From: Tenericutes bacterium HGW-Tenericutes-1
GTDB lineage: Bacteria; Bacillota_I; Bacilli_A; Izemoplasmatales; Hujiaoplasmataceae
Assembly (NCBI GenBank): GCA_002839155.1
Contig: PGXM01000002.1
Span: forward strand, 57,586-121,585
Direction: 5' to 3'
DNA: 64,000 nucleotides
Below are positions 19,140-29,166 of this stretch, piece after piece. The notes beneath the pieces were generated by a model. That model was not told where the DNA came from. It saw only the letters and a program-made list of their open reading frames with translations, and made no database searches. Each line of letters begins with the position of its first letter. Position 1 is the first letter of the stretch. Position numbers and translations under genes: made by a program.

Positions 19140-20347
19140 TTCTTTAGTTTATTGACATAAGTCATTGGAATGCTTGCGTACATCGCAGCAGCTTTAACAA
19201 GTTCATCTTTAAATGTTTTTTCATTCGGTGCATGGGCTTGATCTTCGTGTCCCGGACCAAAGCCGATACAAGGAATGTTATAGCGCCCCATAATTGAGAC
19301 TGCATTCGTCGAAAACGTCCATTTGTCGACTTTTGGTTCTTCTGAAAAAAGTTGTTTGTAACTATCGATTAAAGTTTGACAAGCAATATGTGATTCTTCT
19401 AATACCCACGTTGGGAAATAAGATTTGGTTGGATATACAAGACCGGTATAGGATGGGCGGTCGTAATCGTACATTTCAACTGTCGCATTGACTTTTTTAA
19501 CTGATTCTAAGTTCTTGATTTCTTCAATCGCAGAAAGATAGGTTTCACCCGCGGTTAAGCGTCGGTCAATCGAAATCGTACAGGAATCCGCAACGGCGCA
19601 TCTAGACGGTGAAGTAAAGAAGATTTCACTCACTGTAAGTGAACCTTTTCCTAAGAAATCATCGTGTTTGAGTCGCTTATGTAGTTCTTGTAATTCAAGA
19701 AGAATCGGAGCCATCTTAAAGATTGCATTATCGCCTCTTTCAGGCGCAGACCCATGACAAGAAATGCCTTCAACAATCACTTTGATTTCCATTCGACCGC
19801 GGTGACCGCGGTAGATATTTAAACTGGTCGGTTCGGTAATCACCACGAACTCTGGTTTGATTTTATCTTCTTCTATGATATATTGCCAACAAAGTCCATC
19901 GCAATCTTCTTCTTGAACGGTACCCGTAACTAATAACGTATAATCATCTAATAAATCCAAATCCTTGATGATCTTCGCTGCATACACCATTGAAGCCATT
20001 CCGCCTTCTTGGTCACTGCCGCCACGTCCAACAATGATATTATCATCCTCATAGCCTTGGTAAGGGTCAAAATGCCATAATTTGCGGTCGCCGATGCCCA
20101 CGGTATCGATATGAGCGTCCATTGCAATCAAATGTTTGCCTTTTCCGAGATAACCTAAAATATTGCCCATTGTATCAATTTCGATTCGGTCAAATCCGAC
20201 TTTTTCCATTTCTGCTTTAATGCGTTTAATGACTAATTCTTCATCACAAGATTCTGAAGGAATTGCAATCATATCTCTCAAAAATTTCGAGATATCATTG
20301 CGATAAAATTCAGCTCTTTCATTAATTTTTTGGTAGATTTTGTTCAT
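19136..20347 (-). CDS. ygeY: YgeY-like M20 family metallohydrolase
   Basis: 403 aa. M20/ArgE/DapE layout with [26 protein letters not shown] and a dimerisation insert. The start directly abuts the upstream stop (TAAATG). Confidence 0.75.
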   Translation of the reverse strand: MNKIYQKINERAEFYRNDISKFLRDMIAIPSESCDEELVIKRIKAEMEKVGFDRIEIDTMGNILGYLGKGKHLIAMDAHIDTVGIGDRKLWHFDPYQGYEDDNIIVGRGGSDQEGGMASMVYAAKIIKDLDLLDDYTLLVTGTVQEEDCDGLCWQYIIEEDKIKPEFVVITEPTSLNIYRGHRGRMEIKVIVEGISCHGSAPERGDNAIFKMAPILLELQELHKRLKHDDFLGKGSLTVSEIFFTSPSRCAVADSCTISIDRRLTAGETYLSAIEEIKNLESVKKVNATVEMYDYDRPSYTGLVYPTKSYFPTWVLEESHIACQTLIDSYKQLFSEEPKVDKWTFSTNAVSIMGRYNIPCIGFGPGHEDQAHAPNEKTFKDELVKAAAMYASIPMTYVNKLKK

Positions 20348-21706
20348 TTACTCCACCCTCATTTTCCTGATTAGTTCATCATAATGATGGATTTTTTCGT
20401 ATTCATCATCCCAAAAATCCATCTTTCTCATTGAATCTAAATAGGCTTGCGTATATCCAAATTTCAACCAGTCCATCTCTTTTTGTTTAAAGAGTTTCTC
20501 TTTCATAAAATCAGGACGATAATCTAGTATATGGCAGGTGTCAGTTTCAACAAAAATCTCTTTAAACCAACGACGTTGAACAAAATCAACGGTCTCCAAA
20601 TAACGACGCTGTAAATCTTCTAAAACAGAAGGATATCGGTCAAATCCATCGGTTGCGATGGTCAAAACATTGTCAAGTGGTCCTAGTTTTAAATATTTAG
20701 CCATTTTGATGGCTCCTAAAATATTACAAATACCGGAAACACCAAATAGTTCACGCATCGCCACATATTGTTCATGGGTAACGCCTGCTTCTTTTAATAC
20801 ATGTTCACCATCATGTAAGATCTTTAATCCTCTTACTGCGTCATCATCTTTGACTAAACAGACAAAATCCGTATTCAAAACATTATGAATTAGCGTACAC
20901 ATCTTATCGCCAATACCTTCGATTCGGTGTTGACCGCGTCCACCATTCATTAAAGTCGAACATTCATAAGGTTCAATGGCGACCACTTTGGCTTCAGGAA
21001 ATGCTTTTTTAATTTGATCTCCCGCCGCTAAAGTACCAGCTGAACCAGGTGCTGATGTATAACAAGCAATTCGTCCGTTGCCAATTCCTTTCACGGCTTC
21101 AACGGCTGACAGACCGGTGACATGACGGTGAAAACGGTAATTGGGCAATAATTCAAATTGCGCTAAAGAACGATAGTTAGGGTTTTTCTTTAATTCAAAA
21201 GTTCTTTCTAATGTTAAGATGACATCAGACTCAGTGCCTGGAGTTAAATCGAGCTTCGCGCCGTATCTTCGAATACGATCATAACGTTCTTTACTCATGT
21301 TATCAGGCATAATGACGATAGCGTCATATTTCATTAAATTACAAATATAAGCTACACCGATGCCAAAATTACCTGTTGACGGGCCTAAGATGGTATGTTT
21401 TCCAGGGATAATCGTTTGATCAACACACCCTTCAATCAATGTAGAATACGCTGGACCAACTTTATGTGAACCGGACGGAAAGTATTTTCCTAACATCACA
21501 ACGATATTGGCATCAACGTTGGTCAGCGCTTTTGGCAAAACGATTTTATGAACTTCTCCATTTTCGTTTTTCCAATTGATATTAAATAAATTCATTGGAT
21601 CTAATTCATTGATTTTTGCTTTAATTGCTTTTTCATGAATTGCTTTTTCGAGCTTCTCCGGATGAAGCATTTCATCATACGTTGGCCCAAATGGTATTTT
21701 ACTCAT
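20348..21706 (-). CDS. fold-type II PLP-dependent enzyme (CysK/TrpB superfamily, lyase/thiolase (OrtB)-like) with ~100-aa C-terminal extension
   Basis: 452 aa. Candidate PLP-Lys motif SGSHKVGPAY, glycine loop SAPGSAGT. Overlaps the upstream gene by 8 nt. Confidence 0.65.
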   Translation of the reverse strand: MSKIPFGPTYDEMLHPEKLEKAIHEKAIKAKINELDPMNLFNINWKNENGEVHKIVLPKALTNVDANIVVMLGKYFPSGSHKVGPAYSTLIEGCVDQTIIPGKHTILGPSTGNFGIGVAYICNLMKYDAIVIMPDNMSKERYDRIRRYGAKLDLTPGTESDVILTLERTFELKKNPNYRSLAQFELLPNYRFHRHVTGLSAVEAVKGIGNGRIACYTSAPGSAGTLAAGDQIKKAFPEAKVVAIEPYECSTLMNGGRGQHRIEGIGDKMCTLIHNVLNTDFVCLVKDDDAVRGLKILHDGEHVLKEAGVTHEQYVAMRELFGVSGICNILGAIKMAKYLKLGPLDNVLTIATDGFDRYPSVLEDLQRRYLETVDFVQRRWFKEIFVETDTCHILDYRPDFMKEKLFKQKEMDWLKFGYTQAYLDSMRKMDFWDDEYEKIHHYDELIRKMRVE

Positions 21707-22952
21707 TGTTATCCTCTTCTTCCTTATTAAACATCGCTTCGATAAACGATTTTAAATCCGGTTTAACTAAAATCGGTTCATTCATCGCTTTGAGCGCACT
21801 GTCCGTGTCTTTCAGTCCGTTGCCAGTCACAATCAATGTCACCGACTCATCCCCATGAATCAGTCCTGATTCTAAGGCTTTCATTAAACCAGCCAATCCA
21901 GTTACTCCCGCAGGTTCACCAAATATGCCTTCGGTTTTCCCTAAAATAGCCATGGCTTCTAATATTTCTTGATCTGATGCAGTGATCCAAGCTCCGTTAG
22001 TTTGATTGACAGCATTTAAAGCTTTAACAGGATTCCTTGGAATACCAACCGCAATTGAATCAGCGATGGTTGATTCTTCGCTTTCTTTGATGGGGCTATG
22101 GGTCATCCAAGCCTGATAAAATGGTGCACACCCTTCAGCTTGAACACCGAGTAATTTTGGAATCTTCGTAATTAAATTCAATTGGAATAAATCATAAAAA
22201 CCTTTATAGACTGAAGCAATCGTACATCCATCTCCAACTGATACAACAACCCAGTCTGTCACCTCAAAATTTAATTGTTCTGCGATTTCAAACGCAACGG
22301 TTTTTTTACCCTCAACGAGGTGAGGATTAATAGCAGCGTTTCGGTTATACCATCCAAAGTGATTAATCGCAATTTTTGATAATTGGAAAGCAGCTTTATA
22401 ATCACCATCAACCTTCACCACATTAGATCCAAACGTCATAATTTGTGCTAACTTTCCTTTAGGGGCGCGTTTTGGAACAAATATATATGTTTTAAGTCCT
22501 AGTCTCGCAGCGTTACCTGCTAAAGACGAAGCAGCGTTACCTGTAGAACTGCAAGCGATAACAGATGCGTTGGCTTCGATCGCTTTTTGAATTGCGACGG
22601 CTGATGCACGGTCTTTCAATGATTGTGTTGGATTCATACCTTCATCTTTGATAAAAAGTTTTTGCAGCCCAATTAAGCGATTTAACCGGTTCGATGGATA
22701 CAGGGGTGTCCATCCTACTTTTAAAGGATTTTTTGGTATCCCTTCGATGCTCATCAGTGGTGCATAACGCCACATCGAATAATCTTTATTGCTTTTAAAA
22801 TATGAACGTGTGACGGTTCCTTTCATCAATTCATAATCATAGGTAATGTCTAGTATTCCTTTTTCGCCACAGTGCGGACAGGTCATAAGATCCTTGGAGT
22901 ATTCAAAGGTTTTATGACACAACGTACATTCAAATTCTTTGGCAAAACTCAT
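21699..22952 (-). CDS. threonine synthase-like fold-type II PLP enzyme with N-terminal zinc ribbon
   Basis: CTLCHK...CPHCGEK zinc ribbon. PLP-Lys motif SLKDRASA and the SSTGNAASS loop. I prefer ATG at 22952 (SD AGGTGA 5 nt upstream, 1 nt after the ade stop) over the ORF-caller GTG at 22961. Confidence 0.7.
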   Translation of the reverse strand: MSFAKEFECTLCHKTFEYSKDLMTCPHCGEKGILDITYDYELMKGTVTRSYFKSNKDYSMWRYAPLMSIEGIPKNPLKVGWTPLYPSNRLNRLIGLQKLFIKDEGMNPTQSLKDRASAVAIQKAIEANASVIACSSTGNAASSLAGNAARLGLKTYIFVPKRAPKGKLAQIMTFGSNVVKVDGDYKAAFQLSKIAINHFGWYNRNAAINPHLVEGKKTVAFEIAEQLNFEVTDWVVVSVGDGCTIASVYKGFYDLFQLNLITKIPKLLGVQAEGCAPFYQAWMTHSPIKESEESTIADSIAVGIPRNPVKALNAVNQTNGAWITASDQEILEAMAILGKTEGIFGEPAGVTGLAGLMKALESGLIHGDESVTLIVTGNGLKDTDSALKAMNEPILVKPDLKSFIEAMFNKEEEDNNE

Positions 22953-22953
22953 G

Positions 22954-24669
22954 TTAATCACCTGCTTCTAATGGAACAATCCGATACTCTGCAGTATCGA
23001 ATAAGCCCATGTCAGTTAATTTAAGTTCGGGAATAACCGGTAAAGATAAAAATGCAAGTTGTAAGAATGGATCAACAATTTCGCCACCAACACCCATACT
23101 TCTTACAATCTTTTCCATATTCCTCAGTTTACTTCGGACATATTCAGAAGGTTGTTCGGTCATTATTCCGGCAACTTCTAAAGTGAGTGAATCCATGATT
23201 TTTCCACCTTGGACTAATACAATTCCACCTTGAATTTCATGAATCTTCCTGATAGCCAACATCATATCGTAATCAGAATCACCAATACAAATTAAGTTAT
23301 GGGAATCATGGGCAATCGTCATAGCAACCGCACCATTTTGTAGACCGTAACCTTTGACAAGACCTAGCCCCGTTTTGTTTGTATGATGATGTCTTTCGAT
23401 AACTGCGAGTTTTAATATCTTTGAATTAGGCGTGTTTTGATAAATGCCATTATCAAGTTTTACTTGGATAATCTCTTTAGTCGTCGTAACATTGTTATTA
23501 ACAAGTCCAATAACTTTAACTAAAGGACTTTTTAACTTTAAATTCAGGTTAATTGCTTCTACGTCAAATTTAACTGTATTACAAACATCAGCTTGATTTA
23601 GAATCGGCGTTGTAAATAAGATATTTCCTTTATCAACAATCAGTTGACCATCTTTATAAACTTGTTTTGGCTGAATACAATCAAGCGAATCGAACACAAC
23701 TAAATCTGCTTTATATCCTGGTGCAATCGCACCAACTTGAGGCAATTTATACGCAATAGCGGTGTTAATCGTTGCCATTTGAATCGCCCATATTGGCGAT
23801 ATTCCATAGTTGATTGCGAGATTAATATTATAGTTAATATGTCCTTCGTTTGCGATGTCTTCAGGGTGCTTGTCATCTGTACAGAACAAAATTCTTGAAC
23901 GGTTTTTATCACTAATTCCTGGTAATAAATCTGTTACATTTCGCGTTTGAGATCCTTCACGCAGATGAACATAAAGTCCTCTTCGTGTTTTTTCGATGAG
24001 TTCATCAAGGGTCGATGATTCATGATCTGTTTGAATTCCAGCACTAATATACGCATTGAGCAATTTTGAAGTTAAACCAGGAGCGTGTCCATCGATGGGT
24101 CGATCTTTCATCGCCTTAATTTTATTCAACATGTCGTGGTCGCCCATGATGACTTCCGGATAACTCATCACTTCACCTAGTCCTAAAACGTTGTCACGTT
24201 TTAACATCTTTGTGATGTCTTTAACATTAATGACACTTCCTGATGTTTCGAACTTCGTTGCAGGAACACAAGAGGGAATCATCATATAAACATCGAGTGG
24301 GACTTTTGATGCACTATTCATCATGTAATCAATCCCTTTGACACCTAAAACATTGGCGATTTCATGAGGATCAGCAATGACAGAGGTCGTTCCACAAGGC
24401 AACACTAATTTGGCAAACTCATGTGGAACCATCATTGAAGACTCAATATGGACGTGACCGTCGATAAAACCGGGCGCAACGTACGCGCCTTTCATATCAA
24501 TGATATTCATACCTTTGTATTTACCAATACCAACGATTTGACCATTTTCAATAGCGATGTCACCTTGTTCAATTTCGGTCGTAAAAACGTTGATTATTTG
24601 ACAATTTTTGAGTACGAGTTCAGCTTTTTTTCTTCCTCCAGCAGCTTTTAGAACATTAGTTTTTATCAT
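22954..24669 (-). CDS. ade: adenine deaminase
   Basis: About 571 aa. GFIDGHVHIESS metal site, with the length and C-terminal domain typical of Ade. Start ATG at 24669 sits behind GAGGTG; the longer ORF to 24702 overlaps the upstream gene and lacks an SD. Confidence 0.85.
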   Translation of the reverse strand: MIKTNVLKAAGGRKKAELVLKNCQIINVFTTEIEQGDIAIENGQIVGIGKYKGMNIIDMKGAYVAPGFIDGHVHIESSMMVPHEFAKLVLPCGTTSVIADPHEIANVLGVKGIDYMMNSASKVPLDVYMMIPSCVPATKFETSGSVINVKDITKMLKRDNVLGLGEVMSYPEVIMGDHDMLNKIKAMKDRPIDGHAPGLTSKLLNAYISAGIQTDHESSTLDELIEKTRRGLYVHLREGSQTRNVTDLLPGISDKNRSRILFCTDDKHPEDIANEGHINYNINLAINYGISPIWAIQMATINTAIAYKLPQVGAIAPGYKADLVVFDSLDCIQPKQVYKDGQLIVDKGNILFTTPILNQADVCNTVKFDVEAINLNLKLKSPLVKVIGLVNNNVTTTKEIIQVKLDNGIYQNTPNSKILKLAVIERHHHTNKTGLGLVKGYGLQNGAVAMTIAHDSHNLICIGDSDYDMMLAIRKIHEIQGGIVLVQGGKIMDSLTLEVAGIMTEQPSEYVRSKLRNMEKIVRSMGVGGEIVDPFLQLAFLSLPVIPELKLTDMGLFDTAEYRIVPLEAGD

Positions 24670-24688
24670 AAGACACCTCAGAAATACT

Positions 24689-25528
24689 TTATAGCGTTTC
24701 AATAAAGGCTTTAATCATATTTAAAGCGACTTTATGACGGTACTCTTTCGTGGAGCGTTGATCATCAATCGGTGTAATTAGCGAAGCGTATTTTTTGGTA
24801 TAATCATCGATGTTGTTTTTAATCTCATCAATCGTTTTTCCAACGAATAGTTCATCGGTTTTAATGTTGCTTGCGACTTTGGGACCGACAGCACCGAATG
24901 CAATTCTAAATTTCGTAATGATATTATCTTTGACATTACAAAGAACACAAAGCGAGACTTTTGAAATTGCGTCAGCTTTTCGTCCGCCGACTTTATAAAA
25001 ATTAGCATAATCATGTTCGACATTTGGAATTTTTATCGATCGAATAATTTCGTTTGGTTTTAAGGTTGTTTTCTTAACGCCTATAATAAAATCACAGATT
25101 TTTTCTGTTCTAATTGAATTCGAACTCATAATTTCAACGATTGCATCTAACGCTATTAACGTACAGACTGCATCCGCTGCTGGAGAAGCATTTGCAATAT
25201 TTCCTCCAAGCGTTCCAACATGTCTAATGCCTGGAGCAGCAATTTCAATGATTGTATCTTTCAATACTTTTGGTACTAAAGATGAATTTAACAACGTTTC
25301 GTAGCTAGTAACTGAACCGATTTCGATATAGTCAGGAGTTTCTTCAATAAAGTTCAATTCTGAAAGTTGACTAATAAAAACTAGGGGTTTCACTAGTTTA
25401 GGAACCGTATTTGCCCAAGAACGTGATTGAACCATTAAATCAGTTCCTCCGCACATAACTTGGTAAAGATTTGTTTCAAGTAACTTTAATGTTTCTTCAA
25501 GGGTCGATGGAATATGATGAGTTACCAT
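24689..25528 (-). CDS. xanthine dehydrogenase family FAD-binding subunit (set 2)
   Basis: 279 aa. FAD_binding_5/CO-dehydrogenase flavoprotein layout (GGTDLM, TLGGNIANASPAAD). Confidence 0.8.
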   Translation of the reverse strand: MVTHHIPSTLEETLKLLETNLYQVMCGGTDLMVQSRSWANTVPKLVKPLVFISQLSELNFIEETPDYIEIGSVTSYETLLNSSLVPKVLKDTIIEIAAPGIRHVGTLGGNIANASPAADAVCTLIALDAIVEIMSSNSIRTEKICDFIIGVKKTTLKPNEIIRSIKIPNVEHDYANFYKVGGRKADAISKVSLCVLCNVKDNIITKFRIAFGAVGPKVASNIKTDELFVGKTIDEIKNNIDDYTKKYASLITPIDDQRSTKEYRHKVALNMIKAFIETL

Positions 25529-25995
25529 AATCCTTCCCCCCTTTCAGCCGCTATTTTCACTGCTTCTATAATCATGTTATAACCTGTACAACGACAGAGG
25601 CTACCTGACAAAGCAATCTTGATTTCAAAATCACTGGGAGATGGATTCATATGAAGCAAACTTTCAGTCGCCATCACCATTCCTGGGGTGCAAAAGCCAC
25701 ATTGTACTGCACCAGCGTCGATATAAGCTTGTTCAATGATTTGATATCTTTTTGTGGTTTTAAAGCCTTCAATGGTCATAATCTCTTGATTGATAATATT
25801 ACCTAAAGGTAGTAAACAAGAATTGACAACGTGATGATTAAGAAGAATTGAACAAGCTCCACATTCGCCTTCGCCACAACCTTCTTTAACGCCAATTAAA
25901 TTAAAATCACTTCTTAATACATCGAGTAAGCGTCTAGAAGGGTCTGACTCTATTTCCACGTGTTCTCCATTTAAGATAAATTTAATCATCATCAT
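25522..25995 (-). CDS. (2Fe-2S)-binding subunit of xanthine dehydrogenase family enzyme (set 2)
   Basis: 157 aa. CGEGECGACS plus CGFCTPG...CRCTGY cysteine clusters. Confidence 0.85.
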   Translation of the reverse strand: MMMIKFILNGEHVEIESDPSRRLLDVLRSDFNLIGVKEGCGEGECGACSILLNHHVVNSCLLPLGNIINQEIMTIEGFKTTKRYQIIEQAYIDAGAVQCGFCTPGMVMATESLLHMNPSPSDFEIKIALSGSLCRCTGYNMIIEAVKIAAERGEGLW

Positions 25996-28075
25996 GCATC
26001 AACTCCATCACATATTCCGGTGTTACTGGAATCTTTGTTATATTTTTATTGATCGCCATTTGAATCGCTAGCGCAACAGCCGGTGCGCCGCCGATGAGCG
26101 TCAATTCACCTGCGCCTTTCGCTCCAAACGGACCATATTGATAGGGATTATCTAATATATACGTTGACATCTTTGATACATCAAGGGTAGTTGGAATAAT
26201 ATAATCAGTTAAATTCTTTTGTTTGATAACACCCTTATTCGCTGACATATTTTCTAAATAACCGTATGCAATCCCTTGAACGATACCACCCTCCGCTTGT
26301 CCTTGGATGATTCTTTCATCGATTTCTTTTCCAACATCATAAGCAGAGACCACGTTCAGTATTTTAGTTTGATACGTTATCGGGTCGACTGAAACTTCTA
26401 CGACACTTACACCCCAGGAGTAAGCAGGATAAGCATCACCTTTGAATTTGGATTCATCATATTTAATGTAACTAGGTTGAACATAACGCTTAGTTACTAT
26501 TTGTTCAAGATTATCTATCCAATTTTCTTTTAATTCTTTCGCTGCTCTTGCGACTAAACCGCCGACAATCATAATAGTTCTCGACGCAACTGTAGGTCCT
26601 GAATCAGGAACATTGTCAGTATCTGGATAATTGAAAATACAGCGTTCAATCGGAATCTCGAGGATTTGAGAAACAATTTTTGGAAGCGTCGTTTTGATTC
26701 CCTGACCCATGTCTACGGCCGCAACTAAGATATGAACAAGTCCATCTTTTGTTTTTAATAATTTGACTTGAGCTTTAATGTGTGTCGATTCACCAGAACC
26801 TGTGAATCCACACCCATGAAGAAAGATACTCATGCCAATGCCTTTATAGATACCTGGCTGAGAATAAGCCAGTGCTTTTGAATGATATTTCGATTTTTCT
26901 GTCGCAACGCGAATTAAATCCTCTAAAAGAATCGGATCTCTAAACGTACCAGACGTAGATGTTTTATCGCCTTGTCTCGCGATATGCCGCATTCTAAATG
27001 CAAAAGAATCCTGATGAGTTTCTTTGGCAATATGATGCATAAACATTTCTATGGCAAAAAACATTTGCGGGGCACCAAAACCTCTAAACGCCCCATTAGG
27101 AACCGTATTGGTTTTAATTACATGACCTAATACTTCAAGATTTTCAAAGGTATACGCTCCCGATACAGCAATCATCGCTCTAGATAAAACGACACTTGAT
27201 AAACCGGTATAAGCCCCACCATCGATGGCGATATCAGCACTGATTGAAGTGACGTTATTCAATTCATTGATAGCTGCTTTTAAAGTAATTCTTGAGGGAT
27301 GCCTTTTCGTTGTAGATAGAATATCTTCTTCGCGTTCAAATATGAGTTTAATCGGCTTATGAACTTTCTTAACAGCGACGGCTAATTGACACGCTATCAA
27401 AGAAGGATATTCTTCTTTACCACCAAAAGCCCCCCCAACCGCTGCTTGAATGACTCGCACTTGATCACTTGAACAACCTAATGCATAAACAACCGCATTT
27501 TTTACATAATAAGGGCATTGAATCGAACCAATCAAAGTCACTTTTTCATCTTCTTCATAGACAATGAATCCTTGAGGTTCGATATAAGCTTGTTCCTGAA
27601 GCCCTGTATGATACGTCATTTCAATGACTTTTTCAGCATTTTTAAAAGCCCGTTTAGGATTTCCTTTTTTGAAGTGGTAAGCGATGGTTTTTTGACTTTC
27701 ATCAAAAACGCCATTTTCTTCGCTATACTCTATTTTGATTTCATCAACAATTTGCTTGATGATTTCCATATCTGACCCAACGACTAACATGATGGGTTCA
27801 TTGAGGTGATTGATTTCACCGGTAGAATAATAAGGCATATCCTCAAAAATGATTTTAACGATGTTTTTTGACAAGATATCTTCTCTTGACACAGTAAAAT
27901 ACCCCTCAGGCAGTGGAGGAATTGTTATCGACTTGATGGTGCCTTTAACGATTTTACTTCGAATGGTTTTAGCATACATCATGTCTTTCATATGAATATC
28001 AGAGACGTATAACGCTTGTCCACTGATTTTTTCTTTAGCATCGATTTTAGGAATTGATTTAGTAATATCCGTGAT
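25982..28075 (-). CDS. xanthine dehydrogenase family molybdopterin-binding subunit (set 2), probably initiated at a non-AUG codon
   Basis: GGAFGGKEE, GAFRGFGAPQ and GAKGAGEL motifs. The frame stays open 28 codons upstream of the first ATG (27991) and encodes ITDITKSIPKIDAKEKISGQALYVSDIH, a typical XDH N-terminus. GGGAGG lies 5 nt before ATC at 28075. Confidence 0.75.
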   Translation of the reverse strand: MTDITKSIPKIDAKEKISGQALYVSDIHMKDMMYAKTIRSKIVKGTIKSITIPPLPEGYFTVSREDILSKNIVKIIFEDMPYYSTGEINHLNEPIMLVVGSDMEIIKQIVDEIKIEYSEENGVFDESQKTIAYHFKKGNPKRAFKNAEKVIEMTYHTGLQEQAYIEPQGFIVYEEDEKVTLIGSIQCPYYVKNAVVYALGCSSDQVRVIQAAVGGAFGGKEEYPSLIACQLAVAVKKVHKPIKLIFEREEDILSTTKRHPSRITLKAAINELNNVTSISADIAIDGGAYTGLSSVVLSRAMIAVSGAYTFENLEVLGHVIKTNTVPNGAFRGFGAPQMFFAIEMFMHHIAKETHQDSFAFRMRHIARQGDKTSTSGTFRDPILLEDLIRVATEKSKYHSKALAYSQPGIYKGIGMSIFLHGCGFTGSGESTHIKAQVKLLKTKDGLVHILVAAVDMGQGIKTTLPKIVSQILEIPIERCIFNYPDTDNVPDSGPTVASRTIMIVGGLVARAAKELKENWIDNLEQIVTKRYVQPSYIKYDESKFKGDAYPAYSWGVSVVEVSVDPITYQTKILNVVSAYDVGKEIDERIIQGQAEGGIVQGIAYGYLENMSANKGVIKQKNLTDYIIPTTLDVSKMSTYILDNPYQYGPFGAKGAGELTLIGGAPAVALAIQMAINKNITKIPVTPEYVMELMHDDD

Positions 28076-28089
28076 AAAAACCTCCCTTG

Positions 28090-29166
28090 TTATTCAACGA
28101 CCAAAGCCTTTGTTGGACATTTAGAAACGCACAATCCACATCTAAAGCATTGATTTGGATCAATTGTAATAATACCTGGAAATTCAATGGCGAAATAGGG
28201 ACAAACATCTTTACATATCAAGCATTGAATACATTTTTCTTTGATGAGGCTAGGGACGGTTCCAGTATACTCACAAGTCTTGTCTAAAACGATTTTTTGA
28301 ACTTCTTCTACGGAAGAAAAACCATATTTTTCTAAAGCTTTTGGAAGGTCTTCTATGATTTTATGATACAGTTGTTTTCCTTTAAGTAATGCACCCGAAA
28401 GCATTTGAACGCCACTTGCACCCGCAAGTAAAAACTCAATAACATCATCGGCGCTTTTGACACCACCAGTCCCAATGATGGTTAAAGTAGGTTCGGCTTG
28501 TTTGATTTTATAGACTGTCGCTAACGCTAAATTCTTGATGACGGGTCCACTCGTCCAGACAAAACCAGAATCATTACCGTACTCTATTTTTCGTTTTTCA
28601 ATATTGATTTTCATAGTCGGTCCTAAGGAATTAATCGCAACAATCCCATTCGCACCAGCATTTTTAATCGCTTTTGCGAATAATTCAGGACTGGGAATGT
28701 GAGGACTGATCTTCATAAATATCGGTTTTGTTGTATGGGAACGAATCATCTTGACAATGCCTTCGATCACCGATAGATTTGTTCCTACATAATGTGTCGA
28801 TACTTCAAATGCATCAGCGAATTGATCTAGTAATGGAATCAAAATTTCCATATCAGACTCTGAATATCCAACTGAGACAATTAACGGTCGATTCTTGATT
28901 TTCATAAAATCAGGCAATATTTGATGAACCCATTGTTCAAGTGGTAATTCACTCCAAAGTTCTGAATTCATGATATATTCTTTATCCCCATAAATACAAG
29001 GTTTCGGAATTACAGGCAACTTTGTAGAAATCGTTTTGGTCACGACTGCGCCGCATCCAGCATCTTGCATAAATTTAAGTTTTTGATAATCCCCGACAAG
29101 CGGCCCAGAAGCCGGCATTAAAGGATTTTCTAAGATAAGTCCGTTAAATGTTGTTTTTAAATTCAT
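28090..29166 (-). CDS. dihydroorotate/dihydropyrimidine dehydrogenase (PreA)-like FMN protein with C-terminal 2x[4Fe-4S] ferredoxin domain
   Basis: 358 aa. TIM-barrel motifs NPLMPASGP, MKISPH, GTGGV, LAGASGVQ. C-terminal CIQCLICKDVCP and CFRCGLCVSKCP. Confidence 0.7.
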   Translation of the reverse strand: MNLKTTFNGLILENPLMPASGPLVGDYQKLKFMQDAGCGAVVTKTISTKLPVIPKPCIYGDKEYIMNSELWSELPLEQWVHQILPDFMKIKNRPLIVSVGYSESDMEILIPLLDQFADAFEVSTHYVGTNLSVIEGIVKMIRSHTTKPIFMKISPHIPSPELFAKAIKNAGANGIVAINSLGPTMKINIEKRKIEYGNDSGFVWTSGPVIKNLALATVYKIKQAEPTLTIIGTGGVKSADDVIEFLLAGASGVQMLSGALLKGKQLYHKIIEDLPKALEKYGFSSVEEVQKIVLDKTCEYTGTVPSLIKEKCIQCLICKDVCPYFAIEFPGIITIDPNQCFRCGLCVSKCPTKALVVE

